From IMG/VR virus record IMGVR_UViG_3300044693_000067: 64,000 nucleotides of DNA. The stretch is one strand, 5' to 3'. The notes beneath the pieces are model-generated. The model was not told the DNA's origin. It ran no database searches and saw only the letters and a program-made list of their open reading frames with translations. Position numbers and translations under genes: made by a program. Each line of letters opens with the position of its first letter. Positions within the stretch are counted from its first letter, which is position 1. This document shows positions 36,631 to 47,130 of the stretch, one piece after another. The DNA comes from an uncultured virus (IMG/VR IMGVR_UViG_3300044693_000067). Taxonomy: Duplodnaviria > Heunggongvirae > Uroviricota > Caudoviricetes.

Positions 36631-38613
36631 TTAGCGGGCGATGCGATCCGCGCCGGGGAATGCTTCGAGGACGACGCTCGATGCCGATGCGCTGTCTTGC
36701 GCGACGCGCGGCTTAGGCGTATCACCGGGCTTCGGCTGAGCGAGCAAAATGTGACGATAGGCGCTCGGATGAACGTCCTTCACATCGACCTTGAGGATTT
36801 CGAGCGCAGCCTTGTAGACGCCCTCGGCGCTGTCCATTGCAGACAATTTGCCGACATACGGCTTGACTTCTTCCTCGGCTGATTGGATGCCACGCAAACG
36901 AGCGATCGTCGCTTGTTCCGCGTCCTTGCGGGCGGCATCGGTGGCGAGCTTGATCGCCTTGTCCATCGCGCCTTTCGAAACCATGTCTTTCTTCTCTCCA
37001 CCGGGATTGGCGTTGGCAGCGCCCGGGGTTTGGGTCGGCTCATCATTCGCCGTAGGCTCGCCGGCCTTCGGCTCGTCCGTGGCTTGAGGATTTGCGGCTG
37101 GGGCGGCAGCTGGCGCGCTCAACTTCGCTTGGATCTGCGCGAGGTCTTCGTCGCTGATCTTGCCGCGAAGCATCGCGAGGATTTCCTCGCACTTAGGATC
37201 GACGTCATCCATCGCCGTGCTGTCGTTGTCCGGGTTCTCGCCGTCCAACTTGTCGAGCAGTTCGACGACATCGGCGAGGTCTGCATCTTTGGCGAGAAGC
37301 GGCTTGATCGCAGCGACGATTCCTGGCTTCTTTTCCAACCAGTTTTTGCGCTTCACGCCAGCCAGAATCGAATCGAGGTCAACCGGCGCAGCATCGGCCG
37401 CCATCTTGGGCTTCAGGAAAGCCAGCAAGGCCCCCTTCGCCATTACAGCTTTCTTGGAGAGCTTGCTCACTGTTTTTGCTCCATGAGGGTTGAGTGCGTT
37501 GTCGCCGACCATGACATCGGGCCCGGCGCGGCCCCGCGGCACCAAGGCCACATGATTGAATTTGATGTTGCGCATTACGCCGTCGTACGGGACACCTTCA
37601 TATGTTCCTGGCGTCATGTCGGCGTCGTAGTAATACGCGCTTGAGAGTTCCTGCTCGGAGCCGTCCTCGATCTTGCTAATCGATTCCTGAACCGAGATAA
37701 CCATCGAGTTATCGACGTACGGCGCATTGAAAACCGCGTCCGTTCCGGTGTACCCGACTACGTTCTTTTGCTTAGGGTCGATCGGGCTGACCGGAACGTG
37801 CTCGTTGAGCACAGGGATCAGATTGGCGGTTGAGATGCCCTTCTGAAGTTCCTCTGGGTCGCGGAGCAGCATGTAGATGCGGCTCGGATCGAGACCAAGC
37901 TTTTCGGCATCAGGGATCTCGCTGCCCTTATATGGGCAGACGTTCGCCTTGCTGATATGGGTCAGCTTGACGTGCAACCGGCCATCGTGGTCATAGCTGC
38001 GGACGCTGCCCTTGTCGAAAGCTAGACGATCACGCGATGCGAAGGCGGTTTCCATCGCTTTATCCATCGCCATGTCATTAGCCGTCGTCACGCCCCGCAA
38101 AGCATTGACGACATGACGCACGCCCGGATGCAGCGGCTCGGGGGGATTGTCGAGCTTCGCCCACACGAATTTCGTGTGTTCGGACAGGTCGATCTTCGGC
38201 GTGAATTTGCGCGCGATGTTCATGCGGTAGGTGATGAAATCCACCTTGCCGCCGCTATCGTCTTCGCTTGAGGTGTCGGCGATCGGCTCTAGTTCGCCGT
38301 AGGGGAGAGCGCCGATCTCTTCCTGCGTCTCGCGCTTTGCCGTCATTTCCGGCGTTTCGTCGTCGTCCGCTTTGCCGCCGGGCAGATCCCACTCGTTGGG
38401 ATGATTGGAATCAGGCGAACGCAGCAGGAATAGACATTCGCCTTGAGGATCGATAAGGGCAATCCCCGCTCCTTTGATCGATTCGTCGTTGGCGGATTTT
38501 CCCGCCTTGCTGTAGGCGATCGCGGCTGCTTGATCCTTGGGATGGCCCGCTTTGACCAATTCGGCTATGTTTCGAGAGATGACCTCCCGGCTCGAACCAC
38601 TCTCAAGCGGCAT
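36631..38613 (-). CDS. Head maturation/scaffold protein (DUF2213) with N-terminal Nudix domain
   Basis: Nudix box [45 protein letters not shown]. Confidence 0.88.
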   Translation of the reverse strand: MPLESGSSREVISRNIAELVKAGHPKDQAAAIAYSKAGKSANDESIKGAGIALIDPQGECLFLLRSPDSNHPNEWDLPGGKADDDETPEMTAKRETQEEIGALPYGELEPIADTSSEDDSGGKVDFITYRMNIARKFTPKIDLSEHTKFVWAKLDNPPEPLHPGVRHVVNALRGVTTANDMAMDKAMETAFASRDRLAFDKGSVRSYDHDGRLHVKLTHISKANVCPYKGSEIPDAEKLGLDPSRIYMLLRDPEELQKGISTANLIPVLNEHVPVSPIDPKQKNVVGYTGTDAVFNAPYVDNSMVISVQESISKIEDGSEQELSSAYYYDADMTPGTYEGVPYDGVMRNIKFNHVALVPRGRAGPDVMVGDNALNPHGAKTVSKLSKKAVMAKGALLAFLKPKMAADAAPVDLDSILAGVKRKNWLEKKPGIVAAIKPLLAKDADLADVVELLDKLDGENPDNDSTAMDDVDPKCEEILAMLRGKISDEDLAQIQAKLSAPAAAPAANPQATDEPKAGEPTANDEPTQTPGAANANPGGEKKDMVSKGAMDKAIKLATDAARKDAEQATIARLRGIQSAEEEVKPYVGKLSAMDSAEGVYKAALEILKVDVKDVHPSAYRHILLAQPKPGDTPKPRVAQDSASASSVVLEAFPGADRIAR

Positions 38614-38614
38614 T

Positions 38615-38905
38615 TCAGGTACCCACTGCGATATTCAGTTGCCCGACGCCGCTCAATGCGAGGCCAGCGATGTATGTGTTCGTGCCGATCGTCAACGAGA
38701 CCGATTCGCGCGGCTCAATCGCCAATGACGTCGTTGTCGCTGCTACTGCGTTGCTCGTGCCCATCTGGACATATGCGACGCGCTCAGCCATGTTTGTCAC
38801 CAGCGCAACGGTAGGGGTACCGGTCGTCGGAATGGCGACATTCGCCGATGTAGTCGAGATCGCAAGGTTGATCGAGGCGGTCGGCGCAAAGGATGCGATG
38901 GTCAT
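38615..38905 (-). CDS. Small structural/hypothetical protein
   Basis: Beta-rich ORF in the head module. Confidence 0.6.
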   Translation of the reverse strand: MTIASFAPTASINLAISTTSANVAIPTTGTPTVALVTNMAERVAYVQMGTSNAVAATTTSLAIEPRESVSLTIGTNTYIAGLALSGVGQLNIAVGT

Positions 38906-38906
38906 G

Positions 38907-39743
38907 TCAGTTCTCTATTCCAGGTATCTTTGCTTTCCAGCCGCATCGGCAGTTGATTTTTTGCCCCGGCATAATCCATTCGTCATCGATGAGCATGCCT
39001 TTGGCGAGTTTGAACGTCTTGCCGTTCGCGGCCACATGCGAGGGCCGTGGCGTCTTGCCGGCGTGCGAGTGTTGCCAGACTCCCTCGGTTATCCCGAGTT
39101 GCTGCTGGCGCGTCGAGTTGAGAACGGCTGTAGCCTTGTTCGCTTGATCTCGAGCGATCAGAGACGCGCGCCGCTTTGTGATGTCGTAACGCTTGGTCAA
39201 TTCTTCGGTGAGCGTGCCGAGATCGCGTCCGCGGGCAACCGACTGCATGACGAGCGTTTCGACCTGAGTCAGGTGATCAGACGCAATGCTTTTGATGAGG
39301 TTGACGTTCTCGCCTAGAACCGCCTGATAGGCATTGTTCATTTCGGCCGTCATGCGAAACTCGACGCTGAAACCGGCTTTCTTAAGCACGTCCTTCAGCT
39401 GAACGTCTGTTGCGCCGGCCGCTCTGTCGACGAAGTACTTCGCCAGATCCTCGGAGCCTTTATCGAACGCCTTCATCCATCGACGCGACATGCGGTGCAT
39501 CGCACGGCGCATCGCATTGGCTGGACTACCATCGCGGAAAGATTCGAACCCAGCATCCGTCGCCAAGGTCGGCGGCGGGTTTGCCCTATACTGAGCGGAA
39601 ATCCAGTAGACCAGCGAGCGGTGCATCTCGAAAATCCACCGCTGAAGCATTTTGTTATATGCGGCCTCGACGCCTGCGTTCGTCCTTACCGGCCGAAGCA
39701 GAACGTCTTTCCCGGTCGGCGAAACGAGTTTAGGAGCGGGCAT
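38907..39743 (-). CDS. Minor head protein (Mu gpF-like)
   Basis: RASLIARDQ, RPSHV, PGQKINCRC. Confidence 0.88.
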   Translation of the reverse strand: MPAPKLVSPTGKDVLLRPVRTNAGVEAAYNKMLQRWIFEMHRSLVYWISAQYRANPPPTLATDAGFESFRDGSPANAMRRAMHRMSRRWMKAFDKGSEDLAKYFVDRAAGATDVQLKDVLKKAGFSVEFRMTAEMNNAYQAVLGENVNLIKSIASDHLTQVETLVMQSVARGRDLGTLTEELTKRYDITKRRASLIARDQANKATAVLNSTRQQQLGITEGVWQHSHAGKTPRPSHVAANGKTFKLAKGMLIDDEWIMPGQKINCRCGWKAKIPGIEN

Positions 39744-39744
39744 T

Positions 39745-39993
39745 GTGAAGCAAGAAGTCGAGGTGGATTACGTCGGCTACGACCACGAACAGGCGCAACG
39801 CGTGGTCGTCTATGTCGGCCCAAAGGATGAGTATTCAGCCCGCTTCAACCTGTCCGACATCCTCGACATCGAACTGGACATGTTCAAACTGCGAAGCGGA
39901 CTGGTCGATAGTGCTGGCAAGCCGCGGTTCGATGCGCTGCGGCTTGAGCTTAACGAAATGATTCGGCGTATCGATGCGATCAAGTACGGCTAA
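39745..39993 (+). CDS. Small antisense ORF in the head module
   Basis: RBS AGGAG, GTG start; exactly fills the gap between portal and gpF genes. Confidence 0.55.
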   Translation: MKQEVEVDYVGYDHEQAQRVVVYVGPKDEYSARFNLSDILDIELDMFKLRSGLVDSAGKPRFDALRLELNEMIRRIDAIKYG

Positions 39994-41564
39994 GCCTCGG
40001 CGCCTTCCTCTTCGGTTTCTTCCTGCGTCCCGCTCAACTTCTCAGCGTGCGCTAACGGCCCCGTCATGGGCTCCGGCACTTCTGGCAACGGCGTATTGAC
40101 ATCGAGGCCGTGATACGGCGAATCCTCATCGCCCGCTATTCGTGTACGCGATTCATCGGCCATCAGCACGCCCGCACCGATGAGCGTCGCATCAGTCTCG
40201 GCATCTGTCTTGCGGATCATCGCACGCTGTTCTTCCGTCATCGTGCGCATCGGAACCCATTCGAATCCGATCTCGGGATCTATCTCGCCGAACAGCGAGA
40301 GTTGGGCGATGTTCAGCACCTTCGAAACGAACGGCGTGTAGATCTCCTGATTTGCCGAGAGTGTGTCCTGAAAGACGTCGATATCACCTTGTGCGGTCGG
40401 GTTCAGACCGGTCGGCGTGATGCCCGTCAAGTAGATCAGCGGAAGCCCAGAAGGCGCACATTGCTGCTCTTGCGCTTGCGCTTGGAGTTTGTCCAAACCG
40501 CCAAGCGATGCGGAGACGTTGCTGAATTCCTCGTCGGCGTTGATCGCGTTGATGCCGTGATTGTCCCGACCAAGGTTGAACAGTTGCATGCGATAGAAGA
40601 ACTCTTCCGCGCCGCCCTTGTTCAAGAGCCTGGTCATGTCTGTCTTCAGTGTCCATACCGTGAAGGCGTGGATCAGGTCCGAGACGGATTGCCGAGTGCG
40701 TAGCCAGTTGTCCGCATACGGCTTGATCATCTGAGACAGCGACAGGCCAGCAAAGGCATAGGCCGGCTTCAGGATGTCGGGCACCTCGCGCGAGACGATT
40801 GTCATCAGGCGCGAGGAGTGAATCTCCTTGCCCATGACGAACCAACTCGTCGGCTTGTAGAACGTCGGATCAAGCGGGTTATCGGCGTTATATCGGTTCG
40901 GGTAGCTGAAGATAGGCTCGACGACCGTCAACCGTTTAAGCGCACCGATTCCCACCTTGGCGGACGATTCAACCAACTCCGAGCGCAGTTCATTCGGGTC
41001 GAGTTGATCCGACTCCGCGCCCATGTCGAGGAAGATCTGAGAGCGACCGAACAAGCCATCCTTCTCAATCGCCTCGCGAAATATCGCCTTCACATTCAGC
41101 CGGCGAAACTCGGCCTCAAGCGCCTTGATCTTGTCGGTCTTTTTCTCTTCGCCCGTCGCGCGAATCTTGATCCACTTGCGGGTCATTTCCCGCGCGTAGA
41201 CCTCGGCGGGACGGCGGAACTCAGGAATCTGCGCCCAATTGGCAAGAATCGTGAAGCCGGGGAACGCGTACCCTTCGTCGAAGGCGGCATTGATGTTACC
41301 CAGCAAATCGCCCGCACAATTCTCGCTGAAACCCGCGTCCATCGCGAGCGTCTTGCCGGTCGTGCCAGTAGGAAGAACGCCCTTGGCCGGCTCATACGGC
41401 CGAAAGTGCTCCGGCTTGAGCGGCTGCCTCTTCGTGACCGGCTTGGCTCGCATCGACAGCACATGCTCGAGCGTAACCCTAAGCGATTCAGCAGCCTTCG
41501 TTTGCTCGACGGCCGCGCTCTTGCGTTCGACCATCTGGGCTTTTTTTCGTTGGCGGCGGTTCAT
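39990..41564 (-). CDS. Portal protein (DUF1073)
   Basis: EMTRKWI, IHSSRL, LTGITPTGLN; follows terL. Confidence 0.88.
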   Translation of the reverse strand: MNRRQRKKAQMVERKSAAVEQTKAAESLRVTLEHVLSMRAKPVTKRQPLKPEHFRPYEPAKGVLPTGTTGKTLAMDAGFSENCAGDLLGNINAAFDEGYAFPGFTILANWAQIPEFRRPAEVYAREMTRKWIKIRATGEEKKTDKIKALEAEFRRLNVKAIFREAIEKDGLFGRSQIFLDMGAESDQLDPNELRSELVESSAKVGIGALKRLTVVEPIFSYPNRYNADNPLDPTFYKPTSWFVMGKEIHSSRLMTIVSREVPDILKPAYAFAGLSLSQMIKPYADNWLRTRQSVSDLIHAFTVWTLKTDMTRLLNKGGAEEFFYRMQLFNLGRDNHGINAINADEEFSNVSASLGGLDKLQAQAQEQQCAPSGLPLIYLTGITPTGLNPTAQGDIDVFQDTLSANQEIYTPFVSKVLNIAQLSLFGEIDPEIGFEWVPMRTMTEEQRAMIRKTDAETDATLIGAGVLMADESRTRIAGDEDSPYHGLDVNTPLPEVPEPMTGPLAHAEKLSGTQEETEEEGAEA

Positions 41565-43000
41565 CGAGTACGGCCCATGCGGGAAAGTTGTTGCAGCGTG
41601 TCAGCCGTTACGGCAAGAGGTGTGATGCCGGGGGCAAAGGCCATGACAAAGGCATCCGCAAGGTTGGGCGAAGGGACGGGGCCACCCGGGCGATTGGCTT
41701 TCCCTAGATCCTTCTTGCTCTCCACTTTGACCTTGCCGTTGTTGTCATAGTCACGCTTCGGGGTTGCCAACTCGTCGATCAGTTGATCGAGGTAAGGGGT
41801 ATCGCTCGCAATGCTGATTAGTTGGTCGTCGTCGTATTTCTCGCCCTTGCGTACGGCGTTGTAGGTATTGCGGAATCGATCCGCCGTCATCCACCAAGCC
41901 TGCGCCTTCAAATTGGCGAACATGTCTTTGTTCTTGATCTTCGGCTGATACTCGGCTTCGGGTTCGAACACTGCAGCGCCCGCATTGAACTTATCGTACT
42001 GGATACGGCCATCGATGATCGTGTCGTTCAACTCGCCGAACTTCGCGCCAGCACTAGCCCCGACGCCTATTGAGTCGTAGGTCACGCTTGCCGATCGCTC
42101 TCGCGCCGCATTCCAAACGCGCGTGCATGACTTCAGCAGTTCGTCTTCGCCAGCCTTCCAGAGGTCGGACCATGAGACGACCGAGCCGTGCGCATAGATC
42201 GTTGCGCATTTGTCAGCCCCGCTATCCGCGACGTCGAACCCAATTCTTCTGCGGCCGGACGCTTCAAGCCCAAGCACTTTGTGCGCGTCGATCGCGGCCA
42301 TGATCCACGACCGCTTGATGATCGAACTATCATCGTCATCCTTCGGAACGCCTAGATAGATGTGCGCGTACTCGTCTTCGTCTTCGTCCTTAGCTGCTGT
42401 AATAACGTCCCGCATCGTCTCAGACAAGAACGGGTTCTCGTCGTAGTTGATGCGCCGAACGAGCGTTCCAGGTGGCGGGTTCGTCACGAACCGCTTATAG
42501 GCGAAGTCGGTAGCCAGCCGCGGATTGAAGACAATCCAGACCTGAGAGCCTTGCTTACGGATCGTCGCCTCGAGAACCTTCCACTGTTCCTCGGTGAGGT
42601 TGTGGCCTTCCTCGATCCACAAAACATCGATGCCTTCAAGCGACTTGATTTCGTCAATCGACCGCCAGAGTCCATAGAACAGGAACTCGGCACCCGTCTT
42701 TCGTCCGATGATCTTGTTGTCGAGCACCTTGAACTGGTTTGCCAGTCCGAAGCGCTCAATCTGGAACTTCAGCAGCGTATAGACCGATTCCTCGATCTTG
42801 TTTTGGAACTGGCGAACGCAGAGGAACCGAAGCTTTGCATTGCTCGCAAGATAGGTCGCGAAGCCCGCCGCGTCCCATGACTTCGACGAAGCTCGCCCAC
42901 CATACAGAACGCGATTGCGAACCTTCCTATCGCCGACCGTCTTGGCTTCCCAAAACGGCTTGAGCGCCGGATTTAACGTCGGCCGGTCAACTGCCCCCAT
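41561..43000 (-). CDS. terL: Terminase large subunit (PBSX-type)
   Basis: GGRASSKS Walker A, WIEE Walker B, FDVAD, SPNLADA. Confidence 0.93.
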   Translation of the reverse strand: MGAVDRPTLNPALKPFWEAKTVGDRKVRNRVLYGGRASSKSWDAAGFATYLASNAKLRFLCVRQFQNKIEESVYTLLKFQIERFGLANQFKVLDNKIIGRKTGAEFLFYGLWRSIDEIKSLEGIDVLWIEEGHNLTEEQWKVLEATIRKQGSQVWIVFNPRLATDFAYKRFVTNPPPGTLVRRINYDENPFLSETMRDVITAAKDEDEDEYAHIYLGVPKDDDDSSIIKRSWIMAAIDAHKVLGLEASGRRRIGFDVADSGADKCATIYAHGSVVSWSDLWKAGEDELLKSCTRVWNAARERSASVTYDSIGVGASAGAKFGELNDTIIDGRIQYDKFNAGAAVFEPEAEYQPKIKNKDMFANLKAQAWWMTADRFRNTYNAVRKGEKYDDDQLISIASDTPYLDQLIDELATPKRDYDNNGKVKVESKKDLGKANRPGGPVPSPNLADAFVMAFAPGITPLAVTADTLQQLSRMGRTR

Positions 43001-43610
43001 AGAAGTGATCTAGGCTAGTCGGCACATCCTCGCCGCTTCCGCCATCCTCGCCCGTTTTCAGTCCGTATGCCTCGCGCTCAAGACCAATCAGGTTCTTCAG
43101 CGTCTCGGCAAGCTTTTTCATGCCGTCAATGCGGCCTGGCGTCGAGATGACCTTGTGATATAGATCGTTTAGACGATCCATTCCCTTGTCGTCCGGGCTG
43201 CGCAGCAATTCACCCAATTGCTCAAACAGTTCGATATTGCCGGTTTGCTGTTCCAACTCACCTAGAAGCGCCATCGCAAGAGTGCGCGACCGGCTGATGT
43301 CCTTGCGGTGAGCAAGCCGGATACTGGCGATAACTTCGGCATTCGCCTCGACAATCGCCCGATCAGTTACCGCCCGTTCTTCCGGTAACTCACTGGTAAC
43401 TGTGCGAGTGGTAACTAGCTGCTCAGCCTTATCCTGTATGCGTTTGCTGAGATCGCGGGTCCATCCGTCGCGCTTGGCTCGCTTGGCAATGCCAACGTGC
43501 GAAACGCCGTGCGCTGACGCTATTTCCCGCACCGACAGCACGCCGGCCCGGTAGTCAGCTTCGATGCGCTCCCAGTCCGGCGCGGCTTTCTTTGGCTGCG
43601 CCATTTTCAT
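42987..43610 (-). CDS. terS: Terminase small subunit
   Basis: DWERIEADYRAG..SVREIA..HGVSH..I.KRAKRDGWTRDL HTH; upstream of terL. Confidence 0.85.
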   Translation of the reverse strand: MKMAQPKKAAPDWERIEADYRAGVLSVREIASAHGVSHVGIAKRAKRDGWTRDLSKRIQDKAEQLVTTRTVTSELPEERAVTDRAIVEANAEVIASIRLAHRKDISRSRTLAMALLGELEQQTGNIELFEQLGELLRSPDDKGMDRLNDLYHKVISTPGRIDGMKKLAETLKNLIGLEREAYGLKTGEDGGSGEDVPTSLDHFYGGS

Positions 43611-43700
43611 TACTCAAGAATTGTTGCCGCCCACCATGGCGGCAGCACGCCCATTGCTGGACGAGCGGAAGACGCAGGCAGATAGCCCGCGGCGGGAAAG

Positions 43701-43776
43701 TGGCTGACCACTCAGGGATCGAACCTGACTCACACGGATTAACAGTCCGGCCGCACACCGTTGTGCGTTGCGGTCA
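43701..43776 (-). tRNA. tRNA-Asn(GTT)
   Basis: TGACCGC/GTGGTCA acceptor stem, CTGTTAA anticodon loop, TCAGG-TTCGATC-CCTGA T-arm, G73, CCA. Confidence 0.8.
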
Positions 43777-43827
43777 AGAAAAGCCCGGCGAACCGGGCTA
43801 ACCTGCGCCATGCAGGCGAAGGAGGAT

Positions 43828-44127
43828 TTAGCAGGTGATCGTGACAGGACTACCGCCGAACGGCCAAGGCTGTGAGGGCTTCGTAATCTCTTGGTAACGA
43901 CGCAAGACCTCGGTCAGATCTTCAACGGCCTTCTGTGCGCCCTTGGTATCGACATCGATCTTGATCTTCGACTCGACGCTGCCGCCATGCTCACCAACGG
44001 GCGGCGTTACCTTGTGAAACACCGTCGCCAAATGCTCGCGGATGGATTTCCATTGCGCCGCAGTAGGATGCTCGGCGTTTAGCTCGACGAAACCTTGCAG
44101 CCAATATGCGAATTGCTCGGGGGACAT
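43828..44127 (-). CDS. Phage hypothetical protein
   Basis: MSPEQFAYWLQGFVEL..., a common phage ORF; RBS AGGA. Confidence 0.7.
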   Translation of the reverse strand: MSPEQFAYWLQGFVELNAEHPTAAQWKSIREHLATVFHKVTPPVGEHGGSVESKIKIDVDTKGAQKAVEDLTEVLRRYQEITKPSQPWPFGGSPVTITC

Positions 44128-44190
44128 ATGCTTTCCTGTTTGACGCTGGCTCTGCACCAGCTCGCCGGCTTGCGTACCGGGGCTTTCCTC

Positions 44191-44263
44191 TGGCGGGCAG
44201 CGGACGAATCGAACGTCACCCGGCGCGGATTTGGAATCCGGCCCACGCCCTGCGTTACCACCC
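44191..44263 (-). tRNA. Degenerate tRNA-Trp(CCA)
   Basis: TTCCAAA anticodon loop, TTCGATT T-loop, GCCA end; shortened D-arm and three G-U pairs in the acceptor stem. Confidence 0.55.
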
Positions 44264-44467
44264 TCAAGGCTTGAGCCTGCCCGCCAGCGAGACACGGGTT
44301 ATGGCTGGAATCCTGCCGGATTGGATACCGGGTCAGCAAGCTCAATGCGTGAGAGGACCGGTTACGCCGGTCAGTCGGCGGCACGCTAATTTTCTCCGCC
44401 CGTCATCGCAGTTATCGATTGCGCCTCGTGTCCACTGGACGATGCTTCGGTACGCCTCCCGGCGTTC

Positions 44468-44547
44468 CTGAGCGGCAGGATTCGAACCTGCGATACACGG
44501 ATGCCGAAGCAGTCGCCGCAGTCCATACCAACTCGACTTATCGCTCA
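44468..44547 (-). ncRNA. tRNA-like RNA with no canonical anticodon loop
   Basis: TGAGCG/CGCTCA acceptor, AGTC/GACT D-stem, GCAGG-TTCGAAT-CCTGC T-arm; central arm capped by TGC-TTCG-GCA; no CCA. Confidence 0.55.
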
Positions 44548-44702
44548 TTGCCGCGTTTCGTGCGGCATACGGCAGCATGCAACAGCTCAGTCCATGCAAC
44601 ACCTGTGCGGGGCTACCAGGCGATTACCTGGCCGTGGCCGACAGTAACAAACTTGCGAGCCCCGCTATATCTCGGCCGAGTGATTTCACTTGTCCGGGAG
44701 AT

Positions 44703-45890
44703 CTATGCCGTCCAACTAACCCACGCCGATTGCTTGGTCATCTGCGGCTCGTCGACGTTGACCGGCATACTGAATGTAATTCCCTGCGAGGGATGGGTTA
44801 TCCATAGCGCTTGCCGCGGCGGCTCGTACCCGAAGTTGTTCGAATACGCGTATTCGTCGTAGCCCTTCAGGGAGCCGTTGACGATCAAGCGCTGCAACTG
44901 AATCAGTTGGTGCCAGTGGCCCAGCATCATCACTTCGTATTCTGCGCCGATTTGCGCCTGACGACCGCGCTTCTTATGATCGCCTCGAATGATCGGGCCG
45001 AGTGCGCCAATCATCCCATCCCCGCCCCGGAACTGGTCGCCGTGCGTGAGTAGGTAACGCGTGTTGTACACACGGTACAGCGCATCCGGTCCATTGGGGA
45101 TCAGGAACGAGACGCGCTTATCCCCCTCGAACCGCTTTGCGAGGAAACAGTAGAGCAGCCAGTCGAAAGACGTGTAGTTCCGACCCTTCGCGCGAATCTT
45201 GTGTGTGTTGCGGCCGTGATTGCCGGATACACACGGCACAAAGACACGCCCGAACCGATCCGCGAGCGTTTCGATGCACCACACCAACGCGCCGAACAGA
45301 TCGAGCACCACGGGCATGATCTCCCGTTCATCGGTCGCCATCAGCTCTTCGTGAATACCACCTGAAACCATATCGCCGCCGAGGGCGAACACGATTCCGG
45401 GGTATTGCGGGTTGACCATATGATTGCTCAACAGGTCAATGGTCACTTCGATCATGCGGCGAATTCGACGATTGGCGATCGCCATGTCGTACTCGTTGAC
45501 GCCGCCGATTTGGCTTGGATCGACTACCTCGCCCCAATGAAGGTCGGAGGCAAAGAGGGTAGGCACACCAGGGCAGCGCTTTGACGGTTTCGCCGAGATT
45601 AACCATTTCGGCGGCTCTGCATGCGCTTCAGCCAACTTCAAGATGCGTTGCTTGACGAATTCCTCGTCGAGCATTTCCCGCTTCGTCGCGGCCATTTGGT
45701 TACGCAACGTGCGAAGCTCGCTTTCCAGTTGATCCTCGCGCGTCACCGATTCCACGGGTCCTCGATCATAGCGGCTCGGACGCCCGCTTAGGCGATCTCT
45801 CAGCGTACTTTCCGCCATCTTCAAGGCCCGAGCAGCCGCACGAATGCTTCCATGCTGCTTGACGGCCGCTTGGTAGTCGTCAATTCCCAT
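44703..45890 (-). CDS. HTH + calcineurin-like metallophosphoesterase
   Basis: SIRAAARAL HTH; SDLH, GGD, GNH, THGD, GHWH. Confidence 0.85.
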   Translation of the reverse strand: MGIDDYQAAVKQHGSIRAAARALKMAESTLRDRLSGRPSRYDRGPVESVTREDQLESELRTLRNQMAATKREMLDEEFVKQRILKLAEAHAEPPKWLISAKPSKRCPGVPTLFASDLHWGEVVDPSQIGGVNEYDMAIANRRIRRMIEVTIDLLSNHMVNPQYPGIVFALGGDMVSGGIHEELMATDEREIMPVVLDLFGALVWCIETLADRFGRVFVPCVSGNHGRNTHKIRAKGRNYTSFDWLLYCFLAKRFEGDKRVSFLIPNGPDALYRVYNTRYLLTHGDQFRGGDGMIGALGPIIRGDHKKRGRQAQIGAEYEVMMLGHWHQLIQLQRLIVNGSLKGYDEYAYSNNFGYEPPRQALWITHPSQGITFSMPVNVDEPQMTKQSAWVSWTA

Positions 45891-45896
45891 GGTCGC

Positions 45897-46103
45897 TCAA
45901 TCGTTCAGTTTCGGCGCAAACTCGCCGCAAAAATTATCGGGGCCGGTGACGGGCTGGTAGCTGTCGACGGCCTGTTCTGAGGCGTCATAGAGCGGCACAG
46001 GCGGGTATCGATGACAATAGATCACCTCGTCGAACCGCGCCCAGCGACAGTTCTTGCAGATCTCGGTGCGCTCAACGACCGCCACTTTCTTCCGTGTTGC
46101 CAT
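45897..46103 (-). CDS. Small Cys-rich protein
   Basis: CKNC...CHRYPP...CGEF. Confidence 0.7.
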   Translation of the reverse strand: MATRKKVAVVERTEICKNCRWARFDEVIYCHRYPPVPLYDASEQAVDSYQPVTGPDNFCGEFAPKLND

Positions 46104-46293
46104 TTAATGCCTCACGGCAAAAAGTGCTTCCTCGGCCTCATCCGGGCTCAATCCGGCATCGAAATAGCCTTTCAGCGAGTCGCATTGCCGATCGGTTGCG
46201 CGTCATGTCCGGTCGATATGGCCGACGTCGAAAGCCAGCGTGGCGACAACGCGCATCCATTCATGGAAGCGGGCTTGCTCAATTTCGGATAGG

Positions 46294-46575
46294 TCAGCCA
46301 TTGCCGCTCTCGCCCAGCCGCGATCGTGCGTAAGCAAGCCGCGCCGATTCCGTCCGAAACCATCCCTCAGCCGTCCGAATCAAGCCGGTCTCGTTGACCT
46401 TCTCGCGCGCCTCGGCAAAGGACTCATGCCATTGCGGAAAGTCGATCATTTCGCCGTCGACCTCCCGCCGGATAACGGAAGGGTCGGCGGCTTCGTGCTT
46501 TTGAAGCACGGTTCCGACTATCTCGCGATCAAACACGATTCGTCCGTCCGGGCGCTCGGAGAGGTAGTAGATCAT
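46294..46575 (-). CDS. Hypothetical protein
   Basis: ATGA overlap. Confidence 0.55.
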   Translation of the reverse strand: MIYYLSERPDGRIVFDREIVGTVLQKHEAADPSVIRREVDGEMIDFPQWHESFAEAREKVNETGLIRTAEGWFRTESARLAYARSRLGESGNG

Positions 46576-46760
46576 TCGAACAACGCCTCAGCGCGCTTAC
46601 GGGCTTCGGACCATTCACCCTCAACGCGGGGTTTCAGGGTGAGAGTGGGGCGCTTGGCGGGGCTTGCAGCCGGATTCTTCGCCGCCTTCTCGCGCTCGAA
46701 CTTCACATGGTCGGCTGGATCGCCGTACATGTGCGATTTGAGCGGAGAGGGGAATTTCAT
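46572..46760 (-). CDS. Hypothetical protein
   Basis: First ORF after the terminator-like hairpin. Confidence 0.5.
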   Translation of the reverse strand: MKFPSPLKSHMYGDPADHVKFEREKAAKNPAASPAKRPTLTLKPRVEGEWSEARKRAEALFE

Positions 46761-46774
46761 GGCGGCGGAAAACG

Positions 46775-46801
46775 AAAAGCCCCGCACAGTGGCGAGGCTT
46801 T
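46775..46801 (-). terminator. Putative late-leader terminator (tR'-like)
   Basis: AAAAGCCCCGC...GCGAGGCTTT hairpin. Confidence 0.55.
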
Positions 46802-46851
46802 GATTTTGCGTTGCGCGTGGGCGCAACTTGGCTTGGGTGAATCGTAACGGT

Positions 46852-47130
46852 TCAAGTAACGGTATTCAAGGTGTCCGTGTAACGGTTTTGCTTAACCTCC
46901 ACCTCTCGCCATGCATACGTTGCCGGAGCCCCGTTCGTCGACCGCTCTTTGATGACCACGTGACCCGAATCCGCAAGCGTGTGCAGCACTCGATATACAG
47001 CCATCTGCACGCGTTTGCGTTCTCGTTCGTCAGCCTTCTTTGGGGCGACGTAGTTCACGATCTGGCGCATCCGAAATTCCCGGCCAGGGTAGGGGGCGAG
47101 GAGGGCCATTACTTCCGCCGCGAATTTCAC
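46852..47130 (-). CDS. Winged-helix-like protein
   Basis: YPGREFRMRQIV...VYRVLHTLADSG. Confidence 0.65.
   Translation of the reverse strand: MKFAAEVMALLAPYPGREFRMRQIVNYVAPKKADERERKRVQMAVYRVLHTLADSGHVVIKERSTNGAPATYAWREVEVKQNRYTDTLNTVT

Noticed and set aside
39990..41564. Anti-CBASS Acb1 label sometimes attached to DUF1073 proteins
   Set aside because: Size and position indicate a portal, and no appended HxT phosphodiesterase domain is visible
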